A model generated the notes under the pieces. The model saw only the letters and a program-made list of their open reading frames with translations. It had not been told where the DNA came from and did no database searches. Positions 42,835-53,207 of a stretch of DNA of 64,000 bases are shown here, one piece after another. Position 1 is the stretch's first letter. Each line of letters starts with the position of its first letter. Position numbers and translations under genes: made by a program. The stretch is from a virus: the IMG/VR virus record IMGVR_UViG_3300037424_000434, positions 65,741 to 129,740 of that record, one strand, 5' to 3'.

Positions 42835-42867
42835 AAAGGGTGGACTTTCGGGTTCACCCTTTTTTTT
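42835..42867 (+). terminator. Rho-independent terminator after MCP
   Basis: GGGTGGACT-TTCG-GGTTCACCC then T-run. Confidence 0.9.
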
Positions 42868-42937
42868 ATTAAGTCATTAGACCAATACATTTACATTTTA
42901 TATAAATATCTATATAATAAAAGTATAGGGGATTATA

Positions 42938-43786
42938 GTGTCTAATATCACATCAAAACAAGAAGCATCTAATAAGTTCAACGAGACTCTATTATTTAAA
43001 AAATGTAAACTTCTATCTACATATAAAAATAATAGAACACCTGTTGATTTGGAATGTATAAACGGTCACATATTCAAGAAAACCCCTTCTGATTTTAGAC
43101 GAGGGAGTGGGTGTCCTAAATGTTCCGGTAAATGTCCCGAACAGGCTAAAATCAATTTCGTTGAATTATTAAACAAAGAAGGTTATGATTTGATCTCTCC
43201 TTATGTAAAAGCATTATCATGTGTCAGTGTTAGATGTTCAGTTGGTCATATTTTTGATATGAGGCCTAATAACTTTAAAATGGGTCATAGATGTCCTAAG
43301 TGTGCGGGACTGTGTTCAGAACAATCAAAAGAACATTTTATCATAAATTTAAAAGATAATGGATATGAATTACTATCAAAATATATAAACATTTCAACTA
43401 AAGTGAACCTGAAATGTCCAGAGGGTCATATATGGAAGGTTACACCTAATGATTTCAAAAATGGTAACAGGTGTCCTCATTGTTCTGGTTCTACCGGACA
43501 AAGAATGTTACAAGAAATGTTATTAGGTCACATCAAAAGTCCAGTAATCTACAATGACCGTAAGACATTAAATGGTTTGGAATTGGATATCTATTATCCA
43601 GAATTAAATATAGCTATAGAATACCAAGGTAATTACTGGCACAACTTACCAGAAAAAAGAGAAACAGACAGAAGAAAGAAAAGTATATGCAAAGAAAAGG
43701 GTATAAAATTATTGGAAGTATGGGATAGTGATTTTTTAAAAAACAAGGATGTTGTTGTTGATAATATAATTAAGGAGATATTATGA
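42938..43786 (+). CDS. Zn-ribbon-repeat Vsr/PD-(D/E)XK-like homing endonuclease
   Basis: Three C..GH......F..G.RCP.C repeats + LELDIYYP..NIAIEYQG.YWH; TATAAATA at 42901. Confidence 0.85.
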   Translation: MSNITSKQEASNKFNETLLFKKCKLLSTYKNNRTPVDLECINGHIFKKTPSDFRRGSGCPKCSGKCPEQAKINFVELLNKEGYDLISPYVKALSCVSVRCSVGHIFDMRPNNFKMGHRCPKCAGLCSEQSKEHFIINLKDNGYELLSKYINISTKVNLKCPEGHIWKVTPNDFKNGNRCPHCSGSTGQRMLQEMLLGHIKSPVIYNDRKTLNGLELDIYYPELNIAIEYQGNYWHNLPEKRETDRRKKSICKEKGIKLLEVWDSDFLKNKDVVVDNIIKEIL

Positions 43787-45186
43787 TATTAGGAGTTGTT
43801 GATGGTACCTCCATAGAGAAACTTACAAATGGTAGCCAGAAAAAAATTATATTTGAGTGTGATGTTTGTCATGATAAAGTAGAACAATCATACCGTAATT
43901 ATTTAAAACAAAATAACGGAAAATTTTGTAGAACCTGTAGAAATACACATACATCCAATAGACCAGATGTGAAGAAGAAGATATCTGATAATAGTACAAA
44001 AATGTGGTTAAATCCCTCTCATAGGAAAAAAATGGTTGAAGATGGTCTTATATCAAGGGCCGTTAAAAAATCTTGGAATAATGGCAGGAAACCAATAAAT
44101 AATATTTTTGTAGAGAACACCACAAAAAAACGGGAATTGATTGAATTGGTTAATGGACTTGGATATGAATATATTAATTCATATATTAGAAAAAATAATG
44201 GAACGTGTATTAAAGTAAAATGCAAAGAAGGTCATATAACAATAAAAAGATTGTGTTCCATTAGATCAGGCAAAATATTATGTGTTGAATGTTGTAAACA
44301 TTTTTCTCAAGCAGAACGAGATTTATCTAATTATATAAAATCTCTTGGTTTTGTTGTAGTGGAAAACGATAGGACAATCATCAAACCATTAGAGTTGGAT
44401 ATTGTTATTCCTGAAAAGAAAATAGCGATTGAATATTGTGGTTTGTTTTGGCATGGAGAAACCAAAGGCAAACACAATAAATATCATCTTAACAAATTGG
44501 GGAAATGTGAGTCGGAAGGATATCGACTAATAACCATATTTGAAGATGAATGGGCTAATAAACAAGATATTGTTAAGTCTAGATTGAAGTATATATTAGG
44601 TCAAGGTGGGAGAACGGTATATGCTAGACAATGTGTTGTCAAGGAGATATCACCAAAGATAGCCAATACATTTATCAACAAATACCATTTACAAGGTTCA
44701 ACGGGTAGTTCTATTAAATTAGGTCTTCATCACAACGGTGAACTGATTGCTGTTATGACATTTGCAAAACCATCAATATCAAAAGGCAAAAAGTCATTTA
44801 ATGATATATATGAATTATCAAGGTTTTGTTCTTCCTGTCAGGTTGTTGGTGGGGCGTCAAAATTATTATCCCATTTCAAGAAAAATTATGAATGGAATGA
44901 AATATTTACTTTTGCTGATTTAAGATGGTCGGAAGGTAATCTATATAAGCAGATAGGGTTCAATCACACAGGGGAGACAAAACCTAATTATTGGTATTTC
45001 AACACACAAAAACTAGGTGTGAGTAGGAAGCACAGATTTAATTACAGAAAAGACAGATTACCATCTCTGTTTGGTAATGTTGATATGTCTATGACCGAAT
45101 GGCAAATCATGCAGTCTCAGGGATTTGATAGAATATGGGATTGTGGAAACTTACGATATAAAATAACCAATAATGTGATTGGATGA
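43783..45186 (+). CDS. Hef-like homing endonuclease with GNAT-like C-terminal domain
   Basis: ELDI.IP.KKIAIEY.GL.WH, IFEDEW, HLQG, YEL.RFC, GGASKL, RIWDCG. Confidence 0.8.
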   Translation: MILGVVDGTSIEKLTNGSQKKIIFECDVCHDKVEQSYRNYLKQNNGKFCRTCRNTHTSNRPDVKKKISDNSTKMWLNPSHRKKMVEDGLISRAVKKSWNNGRKPINNIFVENTTKKRELIELVNGLGYEYINSYIRKNNGTCIKVKCKEGHITIKRLCSIRSGKILCVECCKHFSQAERDLSNYIKSLGFVVVENDRTIIKPLELDIVIPEKKIAIEYCGLFWHGETKGKHNKYHLNKLGKCESEGYRLITIFEDEWANKQDIVKSRLKYILGQGGRTVYARQCVVKEISPKIANTFINKYHLQGSTGSSIKLGLHHNGELIAVMTFAKPSISKGKKSFNDIYELSRFCSSCQVVGGASKLLSHFKKNYEWNEIFTFADLRWSEGNLYKQIGFNHTGETKPNYWYFNTQKLGVSRKHRFNYRKDRLPSLFGNVDMSMTEWQIMQSQGFDRIWDCGNLRYKITNNVIG

Positions 45187-45194
45187 ACTGACGC

Positions 45195-45224
45195 AAAAAG
45201 GAGCCTCGAAAGGCTCCTTTTTTT
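45195..45224. terminator. Bidirectional terminator
   Basis: AAAAAGGAGCCT-CGAA-AGGCTCCTTTTTTT between convergent genes. Confidence 0.9.
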
Positions 45225-45275
45225 ATGTAATGTTTTTATGGAAATAAATAGTTGTTATATTAGGTGTTTAGACGA

Positions 45276-45590
45276 CTAATTCTCAACACGGTCAAAAACT
45301 TTGATCATACTGTGATCATAACCGCAAAGATTTTTGACAGCGTTGCCGAAGCGAGAGTCACAGGTTCCCGCGTAATTTCCGCCAGACATTACCCAGTCAT
45401 CCTGATTTTTAACAGGAACTAATCTCATACTATTCATTGGGCCAACCCGTAATTCGACCGCAGGATAATCTTCACTGGGTTCAAACGGCCCATCAACGTT
45501 GATAACAGTAAGACCTTTGGCATATTTGGAAACGCCATTGTTCGTACAGTCCCCGAGTGGATTACGGTAGATCGAAAGATGTAAACCCAT
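45276..45590 (-). CDS. Hypothetical phage protein
   Basis: AAGGAG RBS; DCTNNGVS, M.GGNYA.T.DSRF motifs. Confidence 0.7.
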   Translation of the reverse strand: MGLHLSIYRNPLGDCTNNGVSKYAKGLTVINVDGPFEPSEDYPAVELRVGPMNSMRLVPVKNQDDWVMSGGNYAGTCDSRFGNAVKNLCGYDHSMIKVFDRVEN

Positions 45591-46221
45591 GATTAACTCC
45601 TTTGTTTGGTTGATTGTAAATACACCATACCACAGATTCCTCGACGAATCAAGCACAAAATCAAAATCCTTCGATGATCAATACTTTTTGTTCATCTGTT
45701 AGTTTGGATCTACTCCTATCTGCACATTCATATATTGGATATTTTTTTATTGTGACAAAAACACAGGTAGCGGGTAGATCGACTTCGTACATATACGAAG
45801 CATCTAAATAGTACGTCCAACTTCTCCAACCTTTACTGTTCATCATTTTATACACTGTCCCTTTATATGCGGGACAGGTTACCTGCTCAAGTTCTATTGG
45901 ATACCAAAAATAATCCACTCTTGATGTATTATCAGGAGCACATCCAATCACCAACAACACAAAAAATATTAAAAATTTCATATTTTCTCCTTTTAATATT
46001 TTTTCCCAAACAACTTGTTGTATTCGGTCATGTGGGCGATAGAAAAGTCTTCGCATGATCTATTCTCATCTAACGCATCAAAGTCATAGGCGATGGACCA
46101 CATACATTTTAGATCAATAAACGAATCAAGATAAGAAACAGCCTCCGCGTGATCCTCTATATTGGCAATCAACTTCACTTCATCCAGAACTTCCTCATAG
46201 CTTCTCATGATTCCCTCCTTT

Positions 46222-47133
46222 TTAAATTCCATTAGATTCGACAGGCGTATTTTCAGCCTGATTTTTCTTCTTTCTACCACCTCTTGCACCGTAAGCATTG
46301 AAACAATCACTGAACTTTTGTTTTTTTCTATCCAAAAACAAAGTAGAATTACTTGAATAAATGTAATTGAAGAATGCTTTTAATTTTTCTACCCCATGAA
46401 CCCTCAACTTAAAAACTTTTCCATACGGTATGATTTTTCCCTCAACACAGCTATACTCAACAATCTTTGACAAAACGTCTTCTGTCCCTACAATAACAAT
46501 TTCACTTGAATATGAATCCTTACGATTATCTTTTGAATAGCTGACACAACCATCTCCATCAAAATAACCTCTAATGAAATCAGAATAAAACTCCGACTTT
46601 AGGTTATGTGGAAATTGATTTGTAAAAGTTTTTCTCTCCGTTAATCCATACTCTAATGGCGTAACAGAAAAATTACTAAGCGAAACTCGAAGCTGGTAAT
46701 TCTCTAAACCGCTCATATTTTTACCCGCCTTGCAAATACTTAGGTCAGAACACATCGAACTTTTTATCTTTTCAAGTATATCTTTATCAATCAATTTTAA
46801 CGATACCTGACCTTTTGTTATACAACCGTCAGCACTCAACAATCCCAAAACATAAGCCATATCGCTTGATTGAATTTTAAAATAGTCCTTATTGATTTCA
46901 ATTCTTGGATTGCCCTGACACCCTCTTGAACAGTAACTTCCACGATTGGGGTTTTGATTCAATCGCCACTGTGGAATATAAAACTCCCTTCCGCATGATA
47001 AACAAGTTTTTAAAATACCACTCAACGGACGACCCCCTTTTTTGCCATTCTCACGAGAAGAATTTGCTTTTTTATTGGTCTTTATAGAACCTAAATATGA
47101 CATTGTTTTTTTAATTTCATTATTCATACACAT
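46222..47133 (-). CDS. LAGLIDADG homing endonuclease inserted into the 3' end of tnpA
   Basis: AYVLGLLSADG and FIRGYFDGDG; ends with TnpA-like YGARGGRKKK; own TTGACA-17-TATACT promoter at 47162-47134. Confidence 0.88.
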   Translation of the reverse strand: MCMNNEIKKTMSYLGSIKTNKKANSSRENGKKGGRPLSGILKTCLSCGREFYIPQWRLNQNPNRGSYCSRGCQGNPRIEINKDYFKIQSSDMAYVLGLLSADGCITKGQVSLKLIDKDILEKIKSSMCSDLSICKAGKNMSGLENYQLRVSLSNFSVTPLEYGLTERKTFTNQFPHNLKSEFYSDFIRGYFDGDGCVSYSKDNRKDSYSSEIVIVGTEDVLSKIVEYSCVEGKIIPYGKVFKLRVHGVEKLKAFFNYIYSSNSTLFLDRKKQKFSDCFNAYGARGGRKKKNQAENTPVESNGI

Positions 47134-47141
47134 AGTATAAC

Positions 47142-47720
47142 CTATCTGTTAGGTTTTGTCAAGTCTTTTTTGTAATATCTTGCTGAATAACAGGTGAGTA
47201 TTTTCATAATATCCTCTGCTAATTCTTCTTCATATTTCTTCTCTTTGGTTTCTATTATCTCAACTTCAATTTCAAGATTCGTAAAAATTGCATCAAGGTA
47301 TTCATAACCAAATCGTGCAAGTCTGTCTTTATATTCAATCAATACTCGTTCAACCTTACCTTCAAAGCACATCTTGATTAACTTGTGTATGCCGTTCCGC
47401 TTCTCATTTATGCCGCTGGCAATCTCATCAATCAAAACGTACTTATAATCTTTGGTTTCTGCGTGTTTTCTTAACCTGTCTTTCTGCCGTTCAAGATTCT
47501 CTTTTTGTTTTGCCGTTGAACATCTTGCGTAAATCACAGTCAACTTTTCTTGCTTCTCTTTCTCGACCCCCATGTAAGCATCTAAATCTTCTTGGCGAAA
47601 ACGCCGATGCTCACCAGTAGTCTTGAAAGACTTTATCTTTCCGTTGTTAGCAAGCGTCTTGAGAGTGTTTATTGACACCCCAAGATAATCGCTTGCTTCT
47701 GTGATTTTATAGATTTTCAT
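47142..47720 (-). CDS. tnpA: IS607-family serine recombinase TnpA
   Basis: MerR-like HTH (LGVS..TL, T.G.HRRF), IYARCS, L.RQ, DEIASG, YKDRLARFG, EELAED...I...YSARYY. Confidence 0.95.
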   Translation of the reverse strand: MKIYKITEASDYLGVSINTLKTLANNGKIKSFKTTGEHRRFRQEDLDAYMGVEKEKQEKLTVIYARCSTAKQKENLERQKDRLRKHAETKDYKYVLIDEIASGINEKRNGIHKLIKMCFEGKVERVLIEYKDRLARFGYEYLDAIFTNLEIEVEIIETKEKKYEEELAEDIMKILTCYSARYYKKDLTKPNR

Positions 47721-48415
47721 ACGCTATACCTAAACAACTTTTCTATTGCCTTTTTACTTCCTGTGTTTTTAGTAAGGCTACTATTCACTTTTTTTTCCCA
47801 AACACATTTAAAATCATTCGGGGCATTATATTCACTTACAAATACAATGTGTCCTTCATTTTCTCTATCTCTACACCACTGCCAAAATTCCACATGATTA
47901 AAATCCATAGCGTATTTAGTAACCCCACCATACGGTGGGTCGCAATAAATCAAACTATTTTCAGGTATTTGTAAATTTAAATAACTTTCATTTACCAATC
48001 TAACACCATTCAATCGTGGGCTTTGGTTTATTGCATTTTTATAGCTTTCCTTCACATAATCTCGTTTATTTAAACTATCCCTACACCATCCTCCAAGCCA
48101 TTTACCACTATAACTGAAAGCAAACCCAGCATAGCCTTTGTATTTGTAATTATCGCTTTTTCGCAGCTCCTTATAGTTTTCTTCAGTAAACTCTTTGTTG
48201 TTTTTAGGTAGTTGAGTCACACAATCTCTAATTGCAATCAAGGCATCAATTAAATAAGGGTTAATGTCAGCCCCTATTCGTTTGCCTTGCACTTTGTCAA
48301 TCATGTTTGCGCCGCCTACAAAAGGCTCCACCCAGAATTGTTCAGGGTTTCTTTCCGCAAGCATGATTGGCAGAATGTGCTTCGCTATTCTATTTTTGCT
48401 TCCCATGTATTTCAT
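47717..48415 (-). CDS. D12-class (Dam-like) DNA adenine methyltransferase
   Basis: KYMGSK, EPFVGG, IYCDPPY, SEY. Confidence 0.9.
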   Translation of the reverse strand: MKYMGSKNRIAKHILPIMLAERNPEQFWVEPFVGGANMIDKVQGKRIGADINPYLIDALIAIRDCVTQLPKNNKEFTEENYKELRKSDNYKYKGYAGFAFSYSGKWLGGWCRDSLNKRDYVKESYKNAINQSPRLNGVRLVNESYLNLQIPENSLIYCDPPYGGVTKYAMDFNHVEFWQWCRDRENEGHIVFVSEYNAPNDFKCVWEKKVNSSLTKNTGSKKAIEKLFRYSV

Positions 48416-48563
48416 TGTCTTTCAACTCCTTAATTAATTTCTCGTTTGCATCCACAATCTTCTGCATATCCTCAACAGATATTTCTTTTTCCAAAGGCTC
48501 GAAGAAATAAACCTTTTCGTCCTCTGTCTGGAAATACTCTTTCGTTACGTTGATGACTTTCAT
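48390..48563 (-). CDS. 57-aa ORF at the left end of the IS607-like element
   Basis: Hand translation MKVINVTKEYFQTEDEKVYFFEPLEK...; AAGGAG RBS. Confidence 0.65.
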   Translation of the reverse strand: MKVINVTKEYFQTEDEKVYFFEPLEKEISVEDMQKIVDANEKLIKELKDNEIHGKQK

Positions 48564-49127
48564 ATTTCACTCCTTAAGTATACACTATTTCTGGTTAAAA
48601 AAGCAAGTGATTTTAACCGATTTCTTTTGATTTTGTTGGATTTTCATAAGCAGTTAAAACCTCCTTTTTGTTTTTGTATTATTAGAAAATACTCAATAAT
48701 TCTTTAAACGCTCTTCGTATTTTAATAGTTGGTTTGTGTAATTTCTTCTCTGACAATACCAACACTCATAGATGACTCATTGTTTGATGTGTTCCTTATT
48801 ACAGTTACATAGTACTATAGGTTACTTATAAAATCAATAGAAAAGAATTAAAAAATAGCTTCACATCATCTTTTATCCTACGGAGAAAGAAAGGACTCCT
48901 CAACTACGTTTCGTCATCCTTTCTTTCAATTAATTTTCTTAAATTTACATAAATATGAATGAAGGTGAAAAGATAATAGGCAAAAAAAGAGCTTAAATGG
49001 GTGTATAGGTAACTTCAACATATATTCAACTTTTCATATATGTTATACTATTATTAATCTACCTTTGTCGTTTATAAACGATAGTCTACACCAAAAAACT
49101 CAATATGTCAACTAGGAGAATCATAAA

Positions 49128-49664
49128 ATGTCGGAATACGGTGAAGACCGAGCTAACTCACAAGTCAACGAATCCATTCTTGAACAAGAGTTTAATTTGA
49201 ATACAGCAGATAGAAGACAAGACGAACTTGATCAGATACGGGCTATGAGATTGCAGTTGGATGCAATTGACGGAGAAGACCCCGATGATATCCTATATAA
49301 AAACATCGAGAGGGCTAACACCCTACTGGATACCGCACAACAAGCAACTGAAAGAGGGGGTGAAACTAATGCTCGTCTATACGAGGTCTGCGCTCAGCTT
49401 ATCAATGCAATCACTACCGCTGCAAGTTCAATACAGACAGGTGCCTTTGGAAATTTAAAACATGAGTATAATATGAAGATGCTTGAGGTCAAAGAAAAAG
49501 AACTCGTTGTCAAACAAGCCATTGCCCAAGGAAAACTCATGGGCGCAGTACCCTCCACGGGGGGTGTTGTTGTTATGAGTCGGGAAGACTTGTTGAAGAT
49601 GATTGACGAAGATGTAAAGGAGGTTCAAATAGATTCTGCTACACAAAATACTAACGAAAATTAA
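49128..49664 (+). CDS. gp16: Terminase small subunit, T4 gp16-like
   Basis: NARLYEV.AQLI helix, C-terminal VVMSREDLLK; upstream of TerL. Confidence 0.75.
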   Translation: MSEYGEDRANSQVNESILEQEFNLNTADRRQDELDQIRAMRLQLDAIDGEDPDDILYKNIERANTLLDTAQQATERGGETNARLYEVCAQLINAITTAASSIQTGAFGNLKHEYNMKMLEVKEKELVVKQAIAQGKLMGAVPSTGGVVVMSREDLLKMIDEDVKEVQIDSATQNTNEN

Positions 49665-49684
49665 GGAAAAAGGAGTCCCTCTAT

Positions 49685-50869
49685 ATGAAGAAAAATTATG
49701 TTCTGGATACAAATGTACTATTAGAAAATGAGAATTGTATTAAGATTTTAAGGAATGGAGAAGAGAATGGTATATACATTCCTGCCACAGTTATTGAGGA
49801 ACTGGACACCCTAAAGAGAGACAAAAGAAAGAGACATCAGGTCATGAGAGCTATACACGCTCTCAGTGAATACAAAGACTATATCACCATTATACATAAT
49901 GGCACTAAACATGAATCCCCTGATAACTTTATCCTAAAAGAAATTCAAGCCAATATCGATAAGATAGAGAATCCCATATTCGTGACAAATGATAATCTTC
50001 TACGGTTTAAAGCAGAAAAAATGAACATACCCTCCGAAGATTTTAAAGATAGCAACCCATTCCAATCAGAATCCCAGAGATATACAGGGTTTGTTAATGT
50101 AGATGACGGTGAAATCTTGGAAAAGAACTGTTACTATTGGAAAGAAGGAAAACTGCATTTCAACAATCATTACGGTGAAGAGAGTTTGGTTGTTGACAGA
50201 GAAGTATGGAAGGTCGCTCCTCGCAGCCAATACCAAAAAGCAGCAATGGATCTGATCATGAATGATGATATTGATCTAGTAACAATCCAATCTGAGGCAG
50301 GCTTTGGGAAAACATATTTGACCCTTGCTGCAATGTTTGATCAGGTGTTTGAAAAGAAAAAATTTAAAAAGATTTTTGTATTCAAAGCAAACATCGAAAT
50401 TGGAAATGAGCTTGGATTTTTGCCGGGAGATGTGGGGGCAAAAATGTATCCATATTTTCGACCTATCCAAGATTTAATGGAAAAGCTCCATGATCTTCGA
50501 CCAGCCAATAGAGCATGGGAAGACCCAACAGAAAACACTCCATTACTTAATCGCAAATGTGTTGAGATGTTGCCGATCAATTTCTTGAGGGGCATGAATA
50601 TCGATAACGCTATTGTTCTTATAGACGAAGTTCAAAATCTAAGCAGAGACGAATTGAGAACAGTTCTTTCTCGTATGGGGGAGAATGTTAAGGTCATTTG
50701 TACAGGTGACGTTAGACAAATAGATAATATCCATTTAAATCAAGAGAATAATGGATTGAATTGGATGGTGAGACTGTTTAAAGGGCAAGATAATTATGGT
50801 CATATAGTGCTTGGAGGCAGTAAATCAAGGGGTCCAATAGCAGATTTAGTGCGCGAAACAAAATTATAA
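49685..50869 (+). CDS. phoH: PhoH-like ATPase with N-terminal PIN domain
   Basis: YVLDTNVLL, AGFGKT, LGFLPG, FLRG, DEVQN, R.GE..K....GD..QID. Confidence 0.93.
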   Translation: MKKNYVLDTNVLLENENCIKILRNGEENGIYIPATVIEELDTLKRDKRKRHQVMRAIHALSEYKDYITIIHNGTKHESPDNFILKEIQANIDKIENPIFVTNDNLLRFKAEKMNIPSEDFKDSNPFQSESQRYTGFVNVDDGEILEKNCYYWKEGKLHFNNHYGEESLVVDREVWKVAPRSQYQKAAMDLIMNDDIDLVTIQSEAGFGKTYLTLAAMFDQVFEKKKFKKIFVFKANIEIGNELGFLPGDVGAKMYPYFRPIQDLMEKLHDLRPANRAWEDPTENTPLLNRKCVEMLPINFLRGMNIDNAIVLIDEVQNLSRDELRTVLSRMGENVKVICTGDVRQIDNIHLNQENNGLNWMVRLFKGQDNYGHIVLGGSKSRGPIADLVRETKL

Positions 50870-50879
50870 TATCACACGA

Positions 50880-51968
50880 TTGGATCAATGTCTAGATATG
50901 AAAATAGATTATTCGCATAGATTCAGGGATAACGTTGAACTTGTTGGATACGAAATGATAGGAGAATATGTTAATAGTAGTGTTCTTGTGAAATTAATAT
51001 GTGATAGTGGTCATATATTTTCAATTAGACCAAATAACTTTAATAATGGACAACGTTGTTCTGTGTGCTCAGGGAAGAACAGAGAATATGCAAAATCCTC
51101 TATGGTCGAGTTGTTATATAAAGAGGGATATATGCACAAATCTGAGTATATAAACTCCAATACAAAAATGAAATTACTTTGTCCAGAAAATCATGAATGG
51201 AACGTAACCCCGAACGATTTCAAAAAAGGAATTAGATGTCCTAAGTGTGGGAACAAGTGCAAAGAACAATCTAAACAAGATTTTATTAATTTGGTGGAGG
51301 AGTGTAGTTATACATTGCACGAAGAATATACTGGAGTGATGAATCGAGTGCTATTAGAATGTGATAGAGGCCATAAATATAGAACAAGACCAAACGATTT
51401 TAAAAAAGGTTATAGGTGTAAAAAATGTTATACCGAAAACGTTATACAAAAATCCTTTGAAGGTTTTAAATTTATATTAAATGAGAATGGATATAAATTG
51501 AAAGATGATTATATAAATTCGACGACAAAAATATACATCATATGCCCCGAAGGTCATGATTGGTATGTAGCTCCAAATGATTTTATTAACCACAATACAC
51601 GTTGTCCCCATTGCCAAGGAAGTTCTGGTCAGAGAAGATTACAAGAATTTCTGACAAAACATATAGACAGAGATGTAGTATACAATGACCGCAAGACACT
51701 AGATGGATTGGAATTAGATATATACTATCCTGATCTAAAAATAGCAGTGGAATATCAAGGTGATTATTGGCACACACTACCAATGGCCCTAATAAGAGAT
51801 AAAAGAAAAAGAATGTTATGCGAGAAAAAGAACATAAAACTAATAGAAGTATGGGAAAAATATTATGTTACAGATGAAGATAATATAAACAATGAAGTGT
51901 TGGAGAATATAAAATTGTTTAAAGGTCAAGATACTTATGGTCATATAGTGCTTAGAGGCGGTAAATAG
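50880..51968 (+). CDS. Zn-ribbon-repeat Vsr-like homing endonuclease fused to a displaced PhoH tail
   Basis: Four Zn repeats + LELDIYYP..IAVEYQG.YWH; ends LFKGQDTYGHIVLRGGK. Confidence 0.85.
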   Translation: MDQCLDMKIDYSHRFRDNVELVGYEMIGEYVNSSVLVKLICDSGHIFSIRPNNFNNGQRCSVCSGKNREYAKSSMVELLYKEGYMHKSEYINSNTKMKLLCPENHEWNVTPNDFKKGIRCPKCGNKCKEQSKQDFINLVEECSYTLHEEYTGVMNRVLLECDRGHKYRTRPNDFKKGYRCKKCYTENVIQKSFEGFKFILNENGYKLKDDYINSTTKIYIICPEGHDWYVAPNDFINHNTRCPHCQGSSGQRRLQEFLTKHIDRDVVYNDRKTLDGLELDIYYPDLKIAVEYQGDYWHTLPMALIRDKRKRMLCEKKNIKLIEVWEKYYVTDEDNINNEVLENIKLFKGQDTYGHIVLRGGK

Positions 51969-52065
51969 AGGGGTAGACGGTAGACGGTTTTTAATAGAGA
52001 ACATACAAAATAAAATAAAATAAAATAAAATAAAGTATTAGGGAAGGTGTGTTATTGCAGGTAAT

Positions 52066-52398
52066 GTGAGATATGACGAATATGTTAAACGACCAAACGA
52101 AGAACATGAATACACAGAAGAACAGATTCGAGAGGTTGTTAAATGTAAAACCGATTTGATGTATTTTATACGCAACTATATATATATTGTACATCAGGAT
52201 TCGGGCGTACAGTTGTTTGATCCATATGACTATCAGATAGATTTGTTAGAAAAATTTCAAAATCATAGATTTAACGTATGTCTATTATCTCGACAATCGG
52301 GTAAATGTTTAGAGGGTGATACTGTCATAAAACTTCGTAATAAGACCACGGGCGAAATCAAAGAAATAACAATGGAAAATTTTTTTAACCAAACATAA
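52066..52398 (+). CDS. gp17: Terminase large subunit part 1 + split intein A N-fragment (30 aa)
   Basis: YFI.NY, YDYQ, Walker A SRQSGK then CLEGDTVIKL from 52306. Confidence 0.93.
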   Translation: MRYDEYVKRPNEEHEYTEEQIREVVKCKTDLMYFIRNYIYIVHQDSGVQLFDPYDYQIDLLEKFQNHRFNVCLLSRQSGKCLEGDTVIKLRNKTTGEIKEITMENFFNQT

Positions 52399-52499
52399 AC
52401 CCGATTACTAGGCTAATAAAAATACAGTAAATTTTGGTATTATTGGTTATTGAGAGATAGACAAAGAAAGTGTGATTAAAGAATGTTTGGAGTATTTGA

Positions 52500-53207
52500 A
52501 TGGCAGAATTTGTTGAAGAAAAATATAGTGATGAATGGGAAGTAGAAACACCCGATGGATGGAAAGATTTTGGGGGTATAGGGAAAACAATAGAATATCA
52601 AGTATATGAGGTTTGTTTTACTGACAACACTTCTATTAAATGCGCCGATACTCATATTTTTATATTAAATGGAGTCGAAGTTTTCTGCAAAGATTTGGTA
52701 TCAGGTAATGTAATAGATTCCATTGAAGGAACCTGTAAAGAAATATCACATATTATCAAAACAAAAGATTGTGATAATATGTATGACTTGTTGGGTGTTG
52801 ATGGTTCAATATATTATACTGACAATGTTGCTTCTCACAACTCAACTATTGTTGCCGCTTTTGCTTTATGGTATGCATGTTTTCACGGACACAAAAATAT
52901 CGGTATAGTCTCGAACAAAGAAGAATCAGCAAAAAACTTTCTACATCGATTAAAGTATATGTATGAACTAATGCCGGGTTGGTTGAAGCCCGGTGTACCC
53001 GGTTGGGCGCAAAAGACTGTTGAATTCGACAATCATACGAAAATTTATACTGCTGCAACATCCAAAGATTCATTCCGTGGTGAGCCGATGGGGATGTTGA
53101 TTTGTGTGACTGGAGATAACACCGTGAAATTACGGGATAAAATCACTGGTGAAGAGGTGACAATGACAATGGAAGAACTGGCCAATGACCTGAGAATGGA
53201 TTCATGA
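52500..53207 (+). CDS. gp17: Split intein A C-fragment + terminase part 2 + split intein B N-fragment
   Basis: 114 aa ending YDL...SHN at 52841, extein STIVAA..RG..MLI, then CVTGDNTVKL from 53103. Confidence 0.93.
   Translation: MAEFVEEKYSDEWEVETPDGWKDFGGIGKTIEYQVYEVCFTDNTSIKCADTHIFILNGVEVFCKDLVSGNVIDSIEGTCKEISHIIKTKDCDNMYDLLGVDGSIYYTDNVASHNSTIVAAFALWYACFHGHKNIGIVSNKEESAKNFLHRLKYMYELMPGWLKPGVPGWAQKTVEFDNHTKIYTAATSKDSFRGEPMGMLICVTGDNTVKLRDKITGEEVTMTMEELANDLRMDS

Larger units (their letters stand above)
46214..48669 (-). mobile_element. IS607-like element without TnpB, carrying a methyltransferase
   Basis: AAAAAGGAGG direct repeats at 46214-46223 and 48660-48669; GATTT(T) repeats at about 10-bp spacing at 48609-48644; contains tnpA. 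Confidence 0.75.

Noticed and set aside
46222..47133. TnpB downstream of IS607 tnpA
   Set aside because: No RuvC motifs; two clear LAGLIDADG motifs instead.
52006..52034. (TAAAA)n tract before TerL
   Set aside because: Simple AT microsatellite in the decayed phoH remnant; no evidence of function.
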